Assembly: GCA_050749465.1 (NCBI GenBank)
Contig: JBOGRO010000015.1
Span: forward strand, 42,341 to 106,340
Reading direction: 5' to 3'
DNA from: Thermoplasmata archaeon
Lineage (GTDB): Archaea > Thermoplasmatota > Thermoplasmata > Lutacidiplasmatales > UBA184
DNA length: 64,000 bases
Shown here: positions 8,839 through 18,266 of the stretch, piece after piece
Layout of the letters: each line of letters begins with the position of its first letter
Position numbering within the stretch: position 1 is the first letter of the stretch
Translations under genes and position numbers: made by a program
Notes under the pieces: generated by a model
The model's database searches: none
Told to the model about the DNA's origin: nothing
Seen by the model: the letters and a program-made list of their open reading frames with translations, nothing else

Positions 8839-10185
8839 GTGCCGGGCCCGACGGTGACGTTCCTCGGCGGGGTCCGCGAGATCGGCGGCAATAAGATCCT
8901 CATCGAGGACGGCCCGGATCGGGTGCTCTTCGACTTCGGTCCGTCGTTCTCGCCCCGGAGGGAGGAGTACTACGTCAACTTCCTCCAGCCGCGCTCGGCG
9001 AGCCCGGTCGAGGACCTTCTCGAGTTCGACCTCCTGCCGCGGGTCGAGGGGCTCTACGCCCGCGAAGCCCTCGCCGGCTCCGATCTCTCCTACCGCGCCC
9101 CCGAGGTGCACGGGATCTTCGTCAGCCACGCTCACGCCGACCACGCCGGGTACCTCGGGCTCGTGGACCCCGAGATCCCCGTGCACGTCGGGGCCGGGAC
9201 GCGACGCCTCCTCGAGGCGATCGAGGCTTCCAGCCCGTCGATGAAGTACGGCGAGCACGATTGGCGCGTCTTCGCCGACCGCACGCCGATCCGGGTGGGC
9301 CAGATCGAGGTCGTGCCGTTCCCGGTCGACCACTCGGTCCCGTTCGCCTACGGGTTCCTCGTCCGCACCTCGGGGGGAACCCTCGCCTACACCGGCGACT
9401 TCCGCCAGCACGGTCCGCGCGCCGCCGATACCCACGCCTTCCTCGCGGCGGCGGCCGCAGAGTCGCCGGCCGCGCTCCTCATCGAGGGGACACGGGCCGG
9501 GCCGGACCCCCGCCCGAGTATGAGCGAAGGGCTCGTCCGGGACGGCGTCGACCGGATCCTCGCGCGTTCCCGGACCCTGGCGCTCGCGTGCACCTACCCG
9601 CGGGACGTCGACCGGCTCCGAACGCTCTACGACGCCGCACGGGCGGCCGAGCGGGAGCTCGTCGTTTCGGCTCGGACGGCGCACCTCCTCACCGCGATCG
9701 CTCCCCTCTTTCCCACGGGGACGCTTCCGGTCCCGGGCACGAGCCCGGGGCTCTCCGTCTACCAGCGCAAGAAGCGGCGATACTACCGCTGGGAGACAGA
9801 GTTCCTGGACGGCGCCCTCGGCGCCGATACGCTCCGCGCCCGGGGAGACCGCTACCTCCTCGCCCTCGACCTGATGCACTTCCCCGAGCTCATCGACCTG
9901 CGGCCGCCCCGGGGAAGCCCGTTCGTCCATTCGATGAGCGAACCGTTCAGCGAGGACGACGTCGACGACCACGTCCTGCACAACTGGTTGGACCATTTCG
10001 GTCTCCAGTTCCACCAGATGCATGCGAGCGGTCACGCCTCGGGGCCCGAGCTTCTCGAGATCGTGCGCGAGGTCGCGCCGAAGGCGGTCTACCCGATCCA
10101 CACCGAGCATCCCGAGGCGTTCCAGAAGGCCGGCTCGCACGTCCGACTTCCCGAGCTCTCGACCCCGTATTCGCTCGGGGCCTGA
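8839..10185 (+). CDS. Metallo-beta-lactamase/beta-CASP ribonuclease (aRNase J-like).
   Basis: The HxHxDH motif is present (SHAHADHAGYLG). The length of about 448 aa and the domain order fit archaeal RNase J. Confidence 0.7.
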   Translation: MPGPTVTFLGGVREIGGNKILIEDGPDRVLFDFGPSFSPRREEYYVNFLQPRSASPVEDLLEFDLLPRVEGLYAREALAGSDLSYRAPEVHGIFVSHAHADHAGYLGLVDPEIPVHVGAGTRRLLEAIEASSPSMKYGEHDWRVFADRTPIRVGQIEVVPFPVDHSVPFAYGFLVRTSGGTLAYTGDFRQHGPRAADTHAFLAAAAAESPAALLIEGTRAGPDPRPSMSEGLVRDGVDRILARSRTLALACTYPRDVDRLRTLYDAARAAERELVVSARTAHLLTAIAPLFPTGTLPVPGTSPGLSVYQRKKRRYYRWETEFLDGALGADTLRARGDRYLLALDLMHFPELIDLRPPRGSPFVHSMSEPFSEDDVDDHVLHNWLDHFGLQFHQMHASGHASGPELLEIVREVAPKAVYPIHTEHPEAFQKAGSHVRLPELSTPYSLGA

Positions 10186-10284
10186 CCGGGAGCGCGAAGT
10201 CTCCGGGGACATCGCCCCGTACCGCGGTCACGCGCCCGCGCGCCCTGCCAGCCGTTAAGCGCCCCCGTCCCTCTCCGAGGAAGC

Positions 10285-11004
10285 GTGACGGACGAGCGAC
10301 TCCCGACGGGGATCGAGTCGGTCGACCGGCTCCTGGGAGGGGGCCTTGAGACGGACTCGGTCACCGAGATCTACGGCGAGGGGGGCAGCGGGAAGTCAAT
10401 CTTCTGCCTCGAGGTCGCGACCCGGGTCGCGCGGGAGGGGCGCTGGGTCTTCTACATCGACACGGAGGGCGTGAGCGTTGACCGGCTCCGCTCGATCGCG
10501 GGCGACGACCTCGAGCGGCTCCTCAAGCGATTCCTCCTCTCGACGCCGAAGGAACTCGCCGAGCAGGGCCACGCGGTCGCGACGGCGTGCGCACTCGCCC
10601 GGGAGGGGAAGCGACCGGTGGGGCTCATCGTCGTCGACTCCGCGACGTTCTACTACCGGCTCTCGCTCGCGGGCGCTGACGAGGACGACGCGCGCCAAGC
10701 GCTGAGCCTCGAGCTCGCCGATCTCGTCGTCACGGCGCTCCGCACCCCGGTGCCGGTCCTGATCACGAACCAGGTCTGGCGCAGTCTTCGCGAAGGGACC
10801 CTCGAGCCGCTCGGGGGCTCGTTCCTCAACCACGCCGCGAAGACGATCCTCCGCTTCGACCGGCTGCCCGGCCCCCGCCGCCGCGCGGTGCTCATGAAGC
10901 ACCGCTCCCTCCCCGAGGGGACCGCGGATTTCCGGATCACCGGGACCGGGATCGAGGGCCCGCTGCCCGAGGAGCGCTCCGACCCCTCCCGGCAACGGAA
11001 ATAA
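10285..11004 (+). CDS. radB: DNA repair and recombination protein RadB (RecA/Rad51 paralogue).
   Basis: A Walker A motif (GEGGSGKS) lies in a Rad51-like core of about 239 aa. Confidence 0.8.
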   Translation: MTDERLPTGIESVDRLLGGGLETDSVTEIYGEGGSGKSIFCLEVATRVAREGRWVFYIDTEGVSVDRLRSIAGDDLERLLKRFLLSTPKELAEQGHAVATACALAREGKRPVGLIVVDSATFYYRLSLAGADEDDARQALSLELADLVVTALRTPVPVLITNQVWRSLREGTLEPLGGSFLNHAAKTILRFDRLPGPRRRAVLMKHRSLPEGTADFRITGTGIEGPLPEERSDPSRQRK

Positions 11005-11015
11005 GGCGCGGCGGC

Positions 11016-11618
11016 GTGGTGTCCGGCGTGGACGCCCGACTCGAATTTGCCGACGTTCCGACCCCGATCGGGACGTTCCGGATCTCCTACCAGGGCTCGA
11101 CCGTGCGCGTCATCGACCTCCTCGAGCAGGGTCGCAAACAGACCGGGACGCCGCTCGGGGCCGTTCGACGGAAGCCCCCGTTCGCGGCGGGGAGTCCGCC
11201 GCGGCAGTTGCGGGAGTACTTCCGAGGGGATCGCAGCCGCTTCGAGCTCGACATCGACCCCGACACCGCCTCCCAGTTCGACCGCACCGTCTGGAAGATG
11301 CTCCTCGGGGTCCCGGCGGGGAAGACGATCACCTACGCGGAGCTCGCTCGTCGCTCCGGCCACCCCGGCTCTGCCCGCGCGGTCGGCGGCGCGATGGCGC
11401 GCAACCCGATACCGATCGTGATCCCGTGCCACCGGGTGGTGGGAACGGAGGGGTCGATCACCGGCTTCGGGATGGGCCTGTGGCGGAAGCGCTGGCTCCT
11501 CGACCTCGAGGGGTCGTGGCCGATCCGCTCGCGCTCTGCCGACGGCCCGCGCTTCCGGGGCCAGCGGACGCTCGACGTCTTCCCGGAGCCCGAGAGCGCT
11601 CGCCGCCCGTCGCGATAG
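11016..11618 (+). CDS. ogt: Methylated-DNA--protein-cysteine methyltransferase.
   Basis: The C-terminal active-site region reads ITYAELARRSGHPGSARAVGGAMARNPIPIVIPCHRVV, which contains the PCHR motif. Confidence 0.85.
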   Translation: MVSGVDARLEFADVPTPIGTFRISYQGSTVRVIDLLEQGRKQTGTPLGAVRRKPPFAAGSPPRQLREYFRGDRSRFELDIDPDTASQFDRTVWKMLLGVPAGKTITYAELARRSGHPGSARAVGGAMARNPIPIVIPCHRVVGTEGSITGFGMGLWRKRWLLDLEGSWPIRSRSADGPRFRGQRTLDVFPEPESARRPSR

Positions 11619-11756
11619 TTACTACGGACTGTAGTAGGTAATGTTGACCAGGGCAAACCTACTACCAACCGTAGTATCTAACCGTCAAAAACATACTACG
11701 TTACGTAGTAGCTAACGGCCCACGATAGCGGGCCCCGGAGGCACCCCCGCAGAGGT
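11619..11756. repeat. AT-rich convergent intergenic island containing three tandem palindromes (TACTAC-N3-5-GTAGTA) and a GGGCCC-N8-GGGCCC hairpin.
   Basis: The sequence reads TTACTACGGACTGTAGTAGG ... CCTACTACCAACCGTAGTATC ... ATACTACGTTACGTAGTAGC, followed by GGGCCCACGATAGCGGGCCCC. Confidence 0.6.
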
Positions 11757-13958
11757 CTATCCGGCGTAATAGGCAGCGTCGTACGGCTCAGGTTTCAGAC
11801 CCCGCCGCTGGCGGATCTCGGCGACGACCTTCGGTTGGAGCTCGATCGGGACCGGCTCGAAGCCCATCGACTCCGTCGACCAGAGGACCTTGCCCGCGGT
11901 CGCGCTGCGGATGTCGGAGGCGAAGCCGAACATGTCGGCGACCGGGACCTTCGCGACGATCGTCTGAAGGTCCCCGACGCTCGTCATGTCCTGGATCTCG
12001 CCGCGCCGCCGCTGGAGTTCGCGGGTCGCGCCGGCCAGGATCTCCTGGGGAACGTTGACCGTGACCTTCTGGAACGGCTCGAGGAGCATGCGGTCCCCGA
12101 GGACCATCGCGCCGTAGATCCCCGACCGCGCCGCCGGGATCGTCTGCGCCGGCCCGCGGTGGATCGAGTCCTCGTGGAGTTTCGCGTCGACCAGCCGGAC
12201 CTTGAGGCCGTAGACCTTCTCGTTGGCGAGCGGGCCGCGGTTGACCGCTTCCTTGAAGGCGTCGATGACGAGGTCCATCGTCTCGTTGAGGTTCTGGATC
12301 CCCTTCGTCACGTCGAACAGGATGTTCGTCCCCTCGACCGCGACGAGGCCGCGTCCTTCGTCGCGCGTGATGCCGAGCGCCTCGAGCTTCGTGACGAGGG
12401 TCTTCGTGTCCTTGAACGACTTTCCCTGGGGGACCTCGCCGTCCTTGATCGCCTGGACGACGGGGGTCGGGAGCGCCTCGACCTCGAAGTAGAACTTGTT
12501 GTGCTTATTCGGCGACTTCCCCTCGAACGGGCCGCCGGCGTGGCGGACGAGCTCGCGGTAGACGACGATCGGCTTCGACGCTTCGATCTCGACCTTGTAG
12601 TCGTTGAGGATCCGGTACTGGGTGATCTCGAGGTGGAGCTCGCCCATTCCCGACAGGAGGTGCTCTCCGGTCTCCTGATTGATCTCGACGCGCAGGCTCG
12701 CGTCCTCCTTTCCGACCTTGCGCATCGTCTCGATGAGCTTCGGGAGGTCGGCCATTCGCTTCGGCTCGATCGCGACCGTCACGACCGGCTCCGACACGTG
12801 GCGGATCTCCTCGAACGGGACCATCGCGGGGTCGGTCGACGTCGTCGTCCCCGCGAACGCGTCCGTGAGGCCGATGACGGCACCGATGTTGCCGGCGGTG
12901 ACTTCCTCGACCATGAGGCGCTCGGGGCCCATGAAGAGCGAGACGTGCTGGATCCGGTTGCGGATCTTCGTCCCGACGATCTGGAGCTCCATCCCCTTCT
13001 GGAGGCGCCCGGAGAAGACCCGGCCGGTGGCGATCTCCCCGGCGCTCGGGTCCATCGTGATGTCGGTGACCATGAACGCGGTCGGCCCGGCCGTGTCGGT
13101 GTTCAGCATCGCCTGTCCGATCGACGAGCCGATGTCGCCCTTCCAGATGTTCGGGATGCGGTAGCGCTGGGCGACGTGCGGGCTCGGAAGGTGCTTGACG
13201 ACCATGTCGAAGATCACGTCATTGATCCGTGCCTTCTGTGCGATCTCCTTCGTGCGTCCGCTCGTCACGTACTCGATAATGTCCGGGAACTTCACACCCG
13301 TGCGCTGCATGTAGGGGACGCTGATCGCCCAATTGTCGTAGCCGGACCCGAACGCCACGGACCCGTCCCGGGGGTCGACCGACCATTCGTCGACGAACTC
13401 CTCGGGCGCCATCTTGCGGATGAGCTCATTGACCTCGGTGATGATCGCCGCGAACCGCTTCTGGAGCGCCTCCGACCCGAGCTGGAGCTCCTTGATCGCC
13501 CGGTCGACCTTGTTGATGAAGAGGACCGGCTTCACTTTCTCGCGGAGCGCCTGGCGCAGCACGGTCTCGGTCTGGGCCATGACCCCCTCGACCGCGCAGA
13601 CCACCACGACCGCGCCGTCGACCGCTCGCATCGCTCGCGTGACGTCACCACCGAAGTCGACGTGGCCCGGCGTGTCGATGAGGTTGATCAGATAGTTCTC
13701 CTTCTCGTACTCGTGGACGATCGTCACGTCCGCGTTGTTGATCGTGAGGAGGCGCGCCTGCTCCTGCTCGTCGAAGTTGAGGAGGAGCTGCTTGCCCGCG
13801 AGCTCGTTGGAGATCATTCCCGCCGCCGCGAGGAGGTTGTCGGAGAGGGTCGTCTTCCCGTGGTGGATGTGCGCGACGATCCCGATGTTGCGGATCTTGT
13901 CGATGCTCCGCATCATGTCGGGGATGGCCTTCGCCAGTTCGGCGCGAATGTGCGTCAT
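11757..13958 (-). CDS. fusA: Elongation factor 2 (aEF-2).
   Basis: 733 aa, with a GTPase domain (AHIHHGKTTL, NKVDR) and the diphthamide-loop region (HEDSIHRGPAQ). It is the last gene of the rps12-rps7-EF2 cluster. Confidence 0.95.
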   Translation of the reverse strand: MTHIRAELAKAIPDMMRSIDKIRNIGIVAHIHHGKTTLSDNLLAAAGMISNELAGKQLLLNFDEQEQARLLTINNADVTIVHEYEKENYLINLIDTPGHVDFGGDVTRAMRAVDGAVVVVCAVEGVMAQTETVLRQALREKVKPVLFINKVDRAIKELQLGSEALQKRFAAIITEVNELIRKMAPEEFVDEWSVDPRDGSVAFGSGYDNWAISVPYMQRTGVKFPDIIEYVTSGRTKEIAQKARINDVIFDMVVKHLPSPHVAQRYRIPNIWKGDIGSSIGQAMLNTDTAGPTAFMVTDITMDPSAGEIATGRVFSGRLQKGMELQIVGTKIRNRIQHVSLFMGPERLMVEEVTAGNIGAVIGLTDAFAGTTTSTDPAMVPFEEIRHVSEPVVTVAIEPKRMADLPKLIETMRKVGKEDASLRVEINQETGEHLLSGMGELHLEITQYRILNDYKVEIEASKPIVVYRELVRHAGGPFEGKSPNKHNKFYFEVEALPTPVVQAIKDGEVPQGKSFKDTKTLVTKLEALGITRDEGRGLVAVEGTNILFDVTKGIQNLNETMDLVIDAFKEAVNRGPLANEKVYGLKVRLVDAKLHEDSIHRGPAQTIPAARSGIYGAMVLGDRMLLEPFQKVTVNVPQEILAGATRELQRRRGEIQDMTSVGDLQTIVAKVPVADMFGFASDIRSATAGKVLWSTESMGFEPVPIELQPKVVAEIRQRRGLKPEPYDAAYYAG

Positions 13959-13980
13959 GCTCGTGGGTCCCTCCGCGGCC

Positions 13981-14643
13981 TCAGCGCGCCGACTGCGCGA
14001 CGCGCTCGACCTCTTCCTTGCGCCCGACGGCGAAGCTCGTCAGGTTCCCCTTCGCGGCGAGACTGATCTCGTCCGCGAGGCAGGCGTGGATCGGCTTCGT
14101 GGACTTGCGCGACGCGGTGATCGCCCCTTGGGCGAGGTTGCGGATCGCGACGTTGAGGCGTCGCGCGGGCGACGCATCGACCGCGCGCGGGACGCTGATC
14201 CCGCCGAACTGGAGCCGGGTGACCTCCTCGCGCGGGGAGGCGTTCTCGACCGCGTCGACGAGGAGCTGGAGCGGGTTCCCCCCTTCCTTCTTCGCGAGGT
14301 CGTCGAACGCCCGGCGGACGGTCGCGAGCGCCTTCGACTTCTTCCCGGTGAACTTCCCGCCCTTCATCAGGTGGTTCGCGAGCCGCTCGACGAGATGCAT
14401 CCGGGTCTTCAGGAACGGCTTCCCGGAGAGGCGCCCTTCGCTGTGGGGCGAGTAAACGGGATGCAGGTAGAGGTACGGTAGGAGGCCGACGTCGTGCACT
14501 TCGAGTCCTACGTAGGGGTACTTGCCGAAGAGCGGCGGCACCGGGAACGGCGACGGCGCCGCGGGCTGTGGGCGCTGGACGACCGGCCCGGCGTCTTCCG
14601 CCGTGGGCTCCGGGGGCAGGATCGGCTCGGGGTTCCCGCTCAT
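13981..14643 (-). CDS. rps7: 30S ribosomal protein S7, with a Pro-rich N-terminal extension.
   Basis: Contains LFGKYPY...[15 protein letters not shown]...[14 protein letters not shown]. There is a 4-nt overlap with rps12. Confidence 0.9.
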   Translation of the reverse strand: MSGNPEPILPPEPTAEDAGPVVQRPQPAAPSPFPVPPLFGKYPYVGLEVHDVGLLPYLYLHPVYSPHSEGRLSGKPFLKTRMHLVERLANHLMKGGKFTGKKSKALATVRRAFDDLAKKEGGNPLQLLVDAVENASPREEVTRLQFGGISVPRAVDASPARRLNVAIRNLAQGAITASRKSTKPIHACLADEISLAAKGNLTSFAVGRKEEVERVAQSAR

Positions 14644-15074
14644 CGCGCCGGCTTCTCCTTGCGTCCCCGGACGAGCTCGTCCAGCGACACTCCGTTGACC
14701 TGAATGACCTTGTAACGTACGCCGGGGATGTCGCCGTACGACCGGCCCATGCGCCCACCGATCCCCTCGACCAGGACCTCGTCGTGCTCATCGATGAAGT
14801 TGATCGCGCCGTCACCGACCGCGAACGCGGTCACCTGGCGACCGTTTTTGATCAATTGAACCTTGATGCACTTGCGGATCGCGGAGTTCGGCTGCTTCGC
14901 CTCGACCCCGACCTTCTCGAGCACGATCCCGCGGGCCTGCGGGGCCCCTTCGAGCGGGTCCGACCGCTCCTTGAGATGCAGGGTGCGTCGCTTGTAGTAG
15001 CGGTCCGACCAGCGCCGTCGCTGGCGGAGGGAGGCCAGACGGCCCGCGGTGTTGATTCCTGACGGGGGAGGCAT
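14640..15074 (-). CDS. rps12: 30S ribosomal protein S12.
   Basis: [50 protein letters not shown] is a canonical S12 sequence. Confidence 0.95.
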   Translation of the reverse strand: MPPPSGINTAGRLASLRQRRRWSDRYYKRRTLHLKERSDPLEGAPQARGIVLEKVGVEAKQPNSAIRKCIKVQLIKNGRQVTAFAVGDGAINFIDEHDEVLVEGIGGRMGRSYGDIPGVRYKVIQVNGVSLDELVRGRKEKPAR

Positions 15075-15105
15075 GGCTGACGAAGGGGCCGAGCCACTGG
15101 GCCGG

Positions 15106-15116
15106 CCTATTTAAGG
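15106..15116 (-). promoter_or_regulatory. TATA box (CCTTAAATAGG on the minus strand) about 30 nt upstream of the rps12 ATG.
   Basis: The only AT-rich element in the rps12/udg divergent intergenic region. Confidence 0.4.
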
Positions 15117-15165
15117 TGGGCGCCGAGTTGGCACCCGTGCGAGGGCGCGGAGGCTCCGGACGACG

Positions 15166-15780
15166 GTGACCGAGGGTAGTACGGGGCGGGCCGCGGCGCG
15201 CATCCCACGCGCGCGGGCCGAAGCGTGGGCCGCGCTGACCGAGGAGATCCGGCACTGCGAGAAGTGCCCCCTCCACGCGAGCCGGACCCAAGCGGTCGTC
15301 TATCGCGGAGGTCCGTCGCCCCGCGTCCTGTTCGTCGGGGAAGCCCCCGGGGTCCAGGAGGACCGTGTGGGGATCCCGTTCGTCGGGCGCTCGGGTCGGT
15401 GGCTGGACGCGGCGGTCGCGCGGCTCGGACTTGAGCCCGAGGAGGTCGGAGTGCTCAATCTCCTCAAGTGCCGGCCGCCCGGGAACCGGTTCGACCGGTC
15501 GGCGGCCCGCTCCTGCCGGCCGTACCTCGACCGCCAGATCGCGCTCCTCGAGCCGCGCTGCCTCGTGACGATCGGCGCGACGGCGTACCGCGCGCTCTCG
15601 CCAGGCGGTCCCCCGATCCTCGCCGCGGCCGGCCGACCCCGCCCGGACGCATCGCCGCCGCTCTTCCCGCTCATCCACCCCGCGGCAGCCATGCGCTCGC
15701 GCCGGCTCTCCGAGCGCTGGGCGCGAGACGTCGACGCGCTCGACCGTTGGATCACCGGCGGCGTCGCGCAACCCGTTTAA
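15166..15780 (+). CDS. udg: Uracil-DNA glycosylase, family 4.
   Basis: CEKCPLH...VLFVGEAPGVQEDRVGIPFVGRSGRWL is the family-4 UDG motif set, with a 4Fe-4S Cys arrangement. Confidence 0.85.
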   Translation: MTEGSTGRAAARIPRARAEAWAALTEEIRHCEKCPLHASRTQAVVYRGGPSPRVLFVGEAPGVQEDRVGIPFVGRSGRWLDAAVARLGLEPEEVGVLNLLKCRPPGNRFDRSAARSCRPYLDRQIALLEPRCLVTIGATAYRALSPGGPPILAAAGRPRPDASPPLFPLIHPAAAMRSRRLSERWARDVDALDRWITGGVAQPV

Positions 15781-15802
15781 CTCGGGCCGGGCTCGCGGGC
15801 CC

Positions 15803-18259
15803 GTGCGGACGGTCGAGCTGTTCTTCCTGGAGGGGTCGTACGAGGCCGTCGACGACGGGGTCGTCGTCGAGCTGTTCGGCCGGACCCGTGACGGGGTCGC
15901 CACCGTGGCTCGCTACTACGGCTTCCGGCCGTACTTCGTGATCACCGAACCGACCGACGAGATCCGCGCGCAGCTGAGGGCCGACCCCGAGATCGTGGGC
16001 GTGGAGGAGATCCAGACCTGGGTGGGCGGGAAGGACCGACCCGCGCTCCGTGTCACGCTGCACCACCCCTGGCTCGTTCCGCAGTACCGGGACCAGTACC
16101 GTCGTCGCGGGGACGAGGCGAGCGTCCTCGCCTGCGACATCCCGTTCGTCCACCGGTTCCTCTACGACAAGCATCTCGGCCTCACGGTCGCCTTCGAGGC
16201 GGAGGACGAACCCGACGAGGTGCGCGCGCGCTACACCGTCCCCAACGTGCTCCGCATCGTCACGACCGAGCGGGACATTCGCCCGGCCGAGGGGTTCCGA
16301 CCGTCGCTGCGGGTCCTTTCGTTCGACATCGAGAACGCGATCCGAGAGAGGACGATCTACACGATCTGCGGGGTCGTGGAAGGGGGTCCGAGCCCGCGAC
16401 GCACCTTCCGCCTCGGGGACCCGAGCGAGCGGCAGATCCTCGAGGAGTTCGCCCGCATCGTGGAGGCGGAGGACCCGGACGTCATCACCGGCTACAACAT
16501 CGGCGGCTACGACCTCCCGCTCCTGCTCGAGCGAGCGACCGCGGTCGGACTCCCGGCGCTCCCCCTCGGGCGCGAACGCAGCGCCGCGCGCGAGATGGGG
16601 GAACGGCTCTGGAAGGTCACGGGCCGCGTCATCGCGGACGCGTGGTGGGCGGCCCGCCGCGAGCTCCATCCGAAGCAGGAGACGCTCCAGTACGTCGCGC
16701 GGACCCTCCTCGGCGACACGAAGCTCGACGTCGACCGCCGAAACATCCCCGACGAGTGGGCGAAGGACCGGGAACGGGTCATGGAGTACTGCGAGCATGA
16801 CGCCGACCTCGCGCTCCGCATCCTCCTGCGGCTCCGCTCGATCGACAAGGCCGCCGACCTCGCGACCGTCGCGCGGCTGCCGCTCGAGGAGGGACTGAAC
16901 GGCCGGACCTCGCTGTTCATCGACTCGCTCCTCATCCCGCGCGTGGACGAGGAGCACGTCGGGGTCCTGCCGAGCCATCGCGCCGGGCGGGACGCACCGA
17001 TCGAGGGCGGCTACGTCCACTCCATCCGGCCCGGGATCTATCGCTGGGTCGTCGTCCTCGACTTCAAGTCGATGTATCCGTCGATCATCATCGCGCGCAA
17101 CCTCTGCTTCACCACGCTCTCCCCCGAGGGCACGGTGGTTGCCCCCTCGGGCGCCCGGTTCCTCGCGCCGGAGGTGCGCCGGGGGATCATCCCGAAGATC
17201 CTCGCGGACCTCCTCGCCGACCGCGACCGGTTCCGACAGCTCGGCCGGGGCGCCGAGACCCCCGAACTGCGGAGCTATTACGACGGTCTGCAGAACGCGG
17301 TGAAGGTGCTGATGAACTCGTTCTACGGCGTCCTCGCGTCGAGCTTCTATCGGTTCACGAACAAGGACATCGGATCGGCGATCACCGCCTTCGCGCGGGA
17401 GGCGATCACGACGATCATCCGCGAGCTGGAGGCCGACGGCCACGAGGTCGTCTACTCCGACACCGACAGCGTCTTCGTCCGCTCCCCGGTCGCGTCGCTC
17501 GACGGGGCGCGAGAGTTCGGCACCGCGACCGCCCGCCGATTCACCCACGAGGGCGTGACGTTCGAGTTCCAGTCGGTGTACGAGGCGTTCTTCTCGCACG
17601 GCGCGAAGAAGCGGTACGTCGGACGGACCGCCTGGCCGCAGGAGGAGCTCGTCGTCCGCGGCTACGAGACCCGCCGGAGCGACGCGTTCGACTTCCAGTC
17701 GGAGGCGCTGCTCGAGGTCTTCGACCTCGTCATGAAGGGCGACACCGACGGCGCCGTGCGACGCTCGCGCGAGCTCGTCCAGTCGGTCCGCGAGCACCGA
17801 GTGCCGGTCGAGCGCCTCGTGATCGCGCGCGGCGTGCGGGCCGAGAGCGAGTACAACCCCTCAACCCGCGACGCGCTCCCGTTCCTGCGGATCTACCGCC
17901 GGCTGAAGGAGGAGGGGTACGACGTCGTGCCGGGGATGCGCGTCGCCTGGATCGTCACGAACTCGCGGGAGAGTCCCCAGGAGGTCGAGCCGTGGATCGA
18001 GGGACGCCCGTTCCCGAAGGAGCCGGATTGGGAGTACTACGCCGACCGCGTCGCCCAGACGCTCGCGCGGGTGACGGAGGTCTTCGACTGGGACGCGGCG
18101 GCGCTGCTCCGGGGCAGCCACCAGCAACGTCTCGCCGGGTCCGAGCCTCCGACCGGCGGCGCGGCAGGCCCCGCCGCGACGCTGGAGTCGTCGCTCGCGG
18201 ACGTGGCGAAGTCCGGGCGCCGGCGTTCGACGACGCGAAACCTGAGCGACTGGAACTAG
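15803..18259 (+). CDS. polB: DNA polymerase, family B (PolB).
   Basis: 818 aa. The exo I motif is present (LSFDIENA), with YNIGGYDLP, Pol A (DFKSMYPSIIIARNL), Pol C (YSDTDSVFV) and KKRYVG. No intein insertions. Confidence 0.95.
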   Translation: MRTVELFFLEGSYEAVDDGVVVELFGRTRDGVATVARYYGFRPYFVITEPTDEIRAQLRADPEIVGVEEIQTWVGGKDRPALRVTLHHPWLVPQYRDQYRRRGDEASVLACDIPFVHRFLYDKHLGLTVAFEAEDEPDEVRARYTVPNVLRIVTTERDIRPAEGFRPSLRVLSFDIENAIRERTIYTICGVVEGGPSPRRTFRLGDPSERQILEEFARIVEAEDPDVITGYNIGGYDLPLLLERATAVGLPALPLGRERSAAREMGERLWKVTGRVIADAWWAARRELHPKQETLQYVARTLLGDTKLDVDRRNIPDEWAKDRERVMEYCEHDADLALRILLRLRSIDKAADLATVARLPLEEGLNGRTSLFIDSLLIPRVDEEHVGVLPSHRAGRDAPIEGGYVHSIRPGIYRWVVVLDFKSMYPSIIIARNLCFTTLSPEGTVVAPSGARFLAPEVRRGIIPKILADLLADRDRFRQLGRGAETPELRSYYDGLQNAVKVLMNSFYGVLASSFYRFTNKDIGSAITAFAREAITTIIRELEADGHEVVYSDTDSVFVRSPVASLDGAREFGTATARRFTHEGVTFEFQSVYEAFFSHGAKKRYVGRTAWPQEELVVRGYETRRSDAFDFQSEALLEVFDLVMKGDTDGAVRRSRELVQSVREHRVPVERLVIARGVRAESEYNPSTRDALPFLRIYRRLKEEGYDVVPGMRVAWIVTNSRESPQEVEPWIEGRPFPKEPDWEYYADRVAQTLARVTEVFDWDAAALLRGSHQQRLAGSEPPTGGAAGPAATLESSLADVAKSGRRRSTTRNLSDWN

Positions 18260-18266
18260 CCTCGGC

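Noticed and set aside
11619-11756. Considered whether the AT-rich spacer hides a tRNA.
   Set aside because: There is no acceptor-stem/T-arm arrangement and no TTCRANY T-loop. The structure is three short palindromes plus one GC hairpin.
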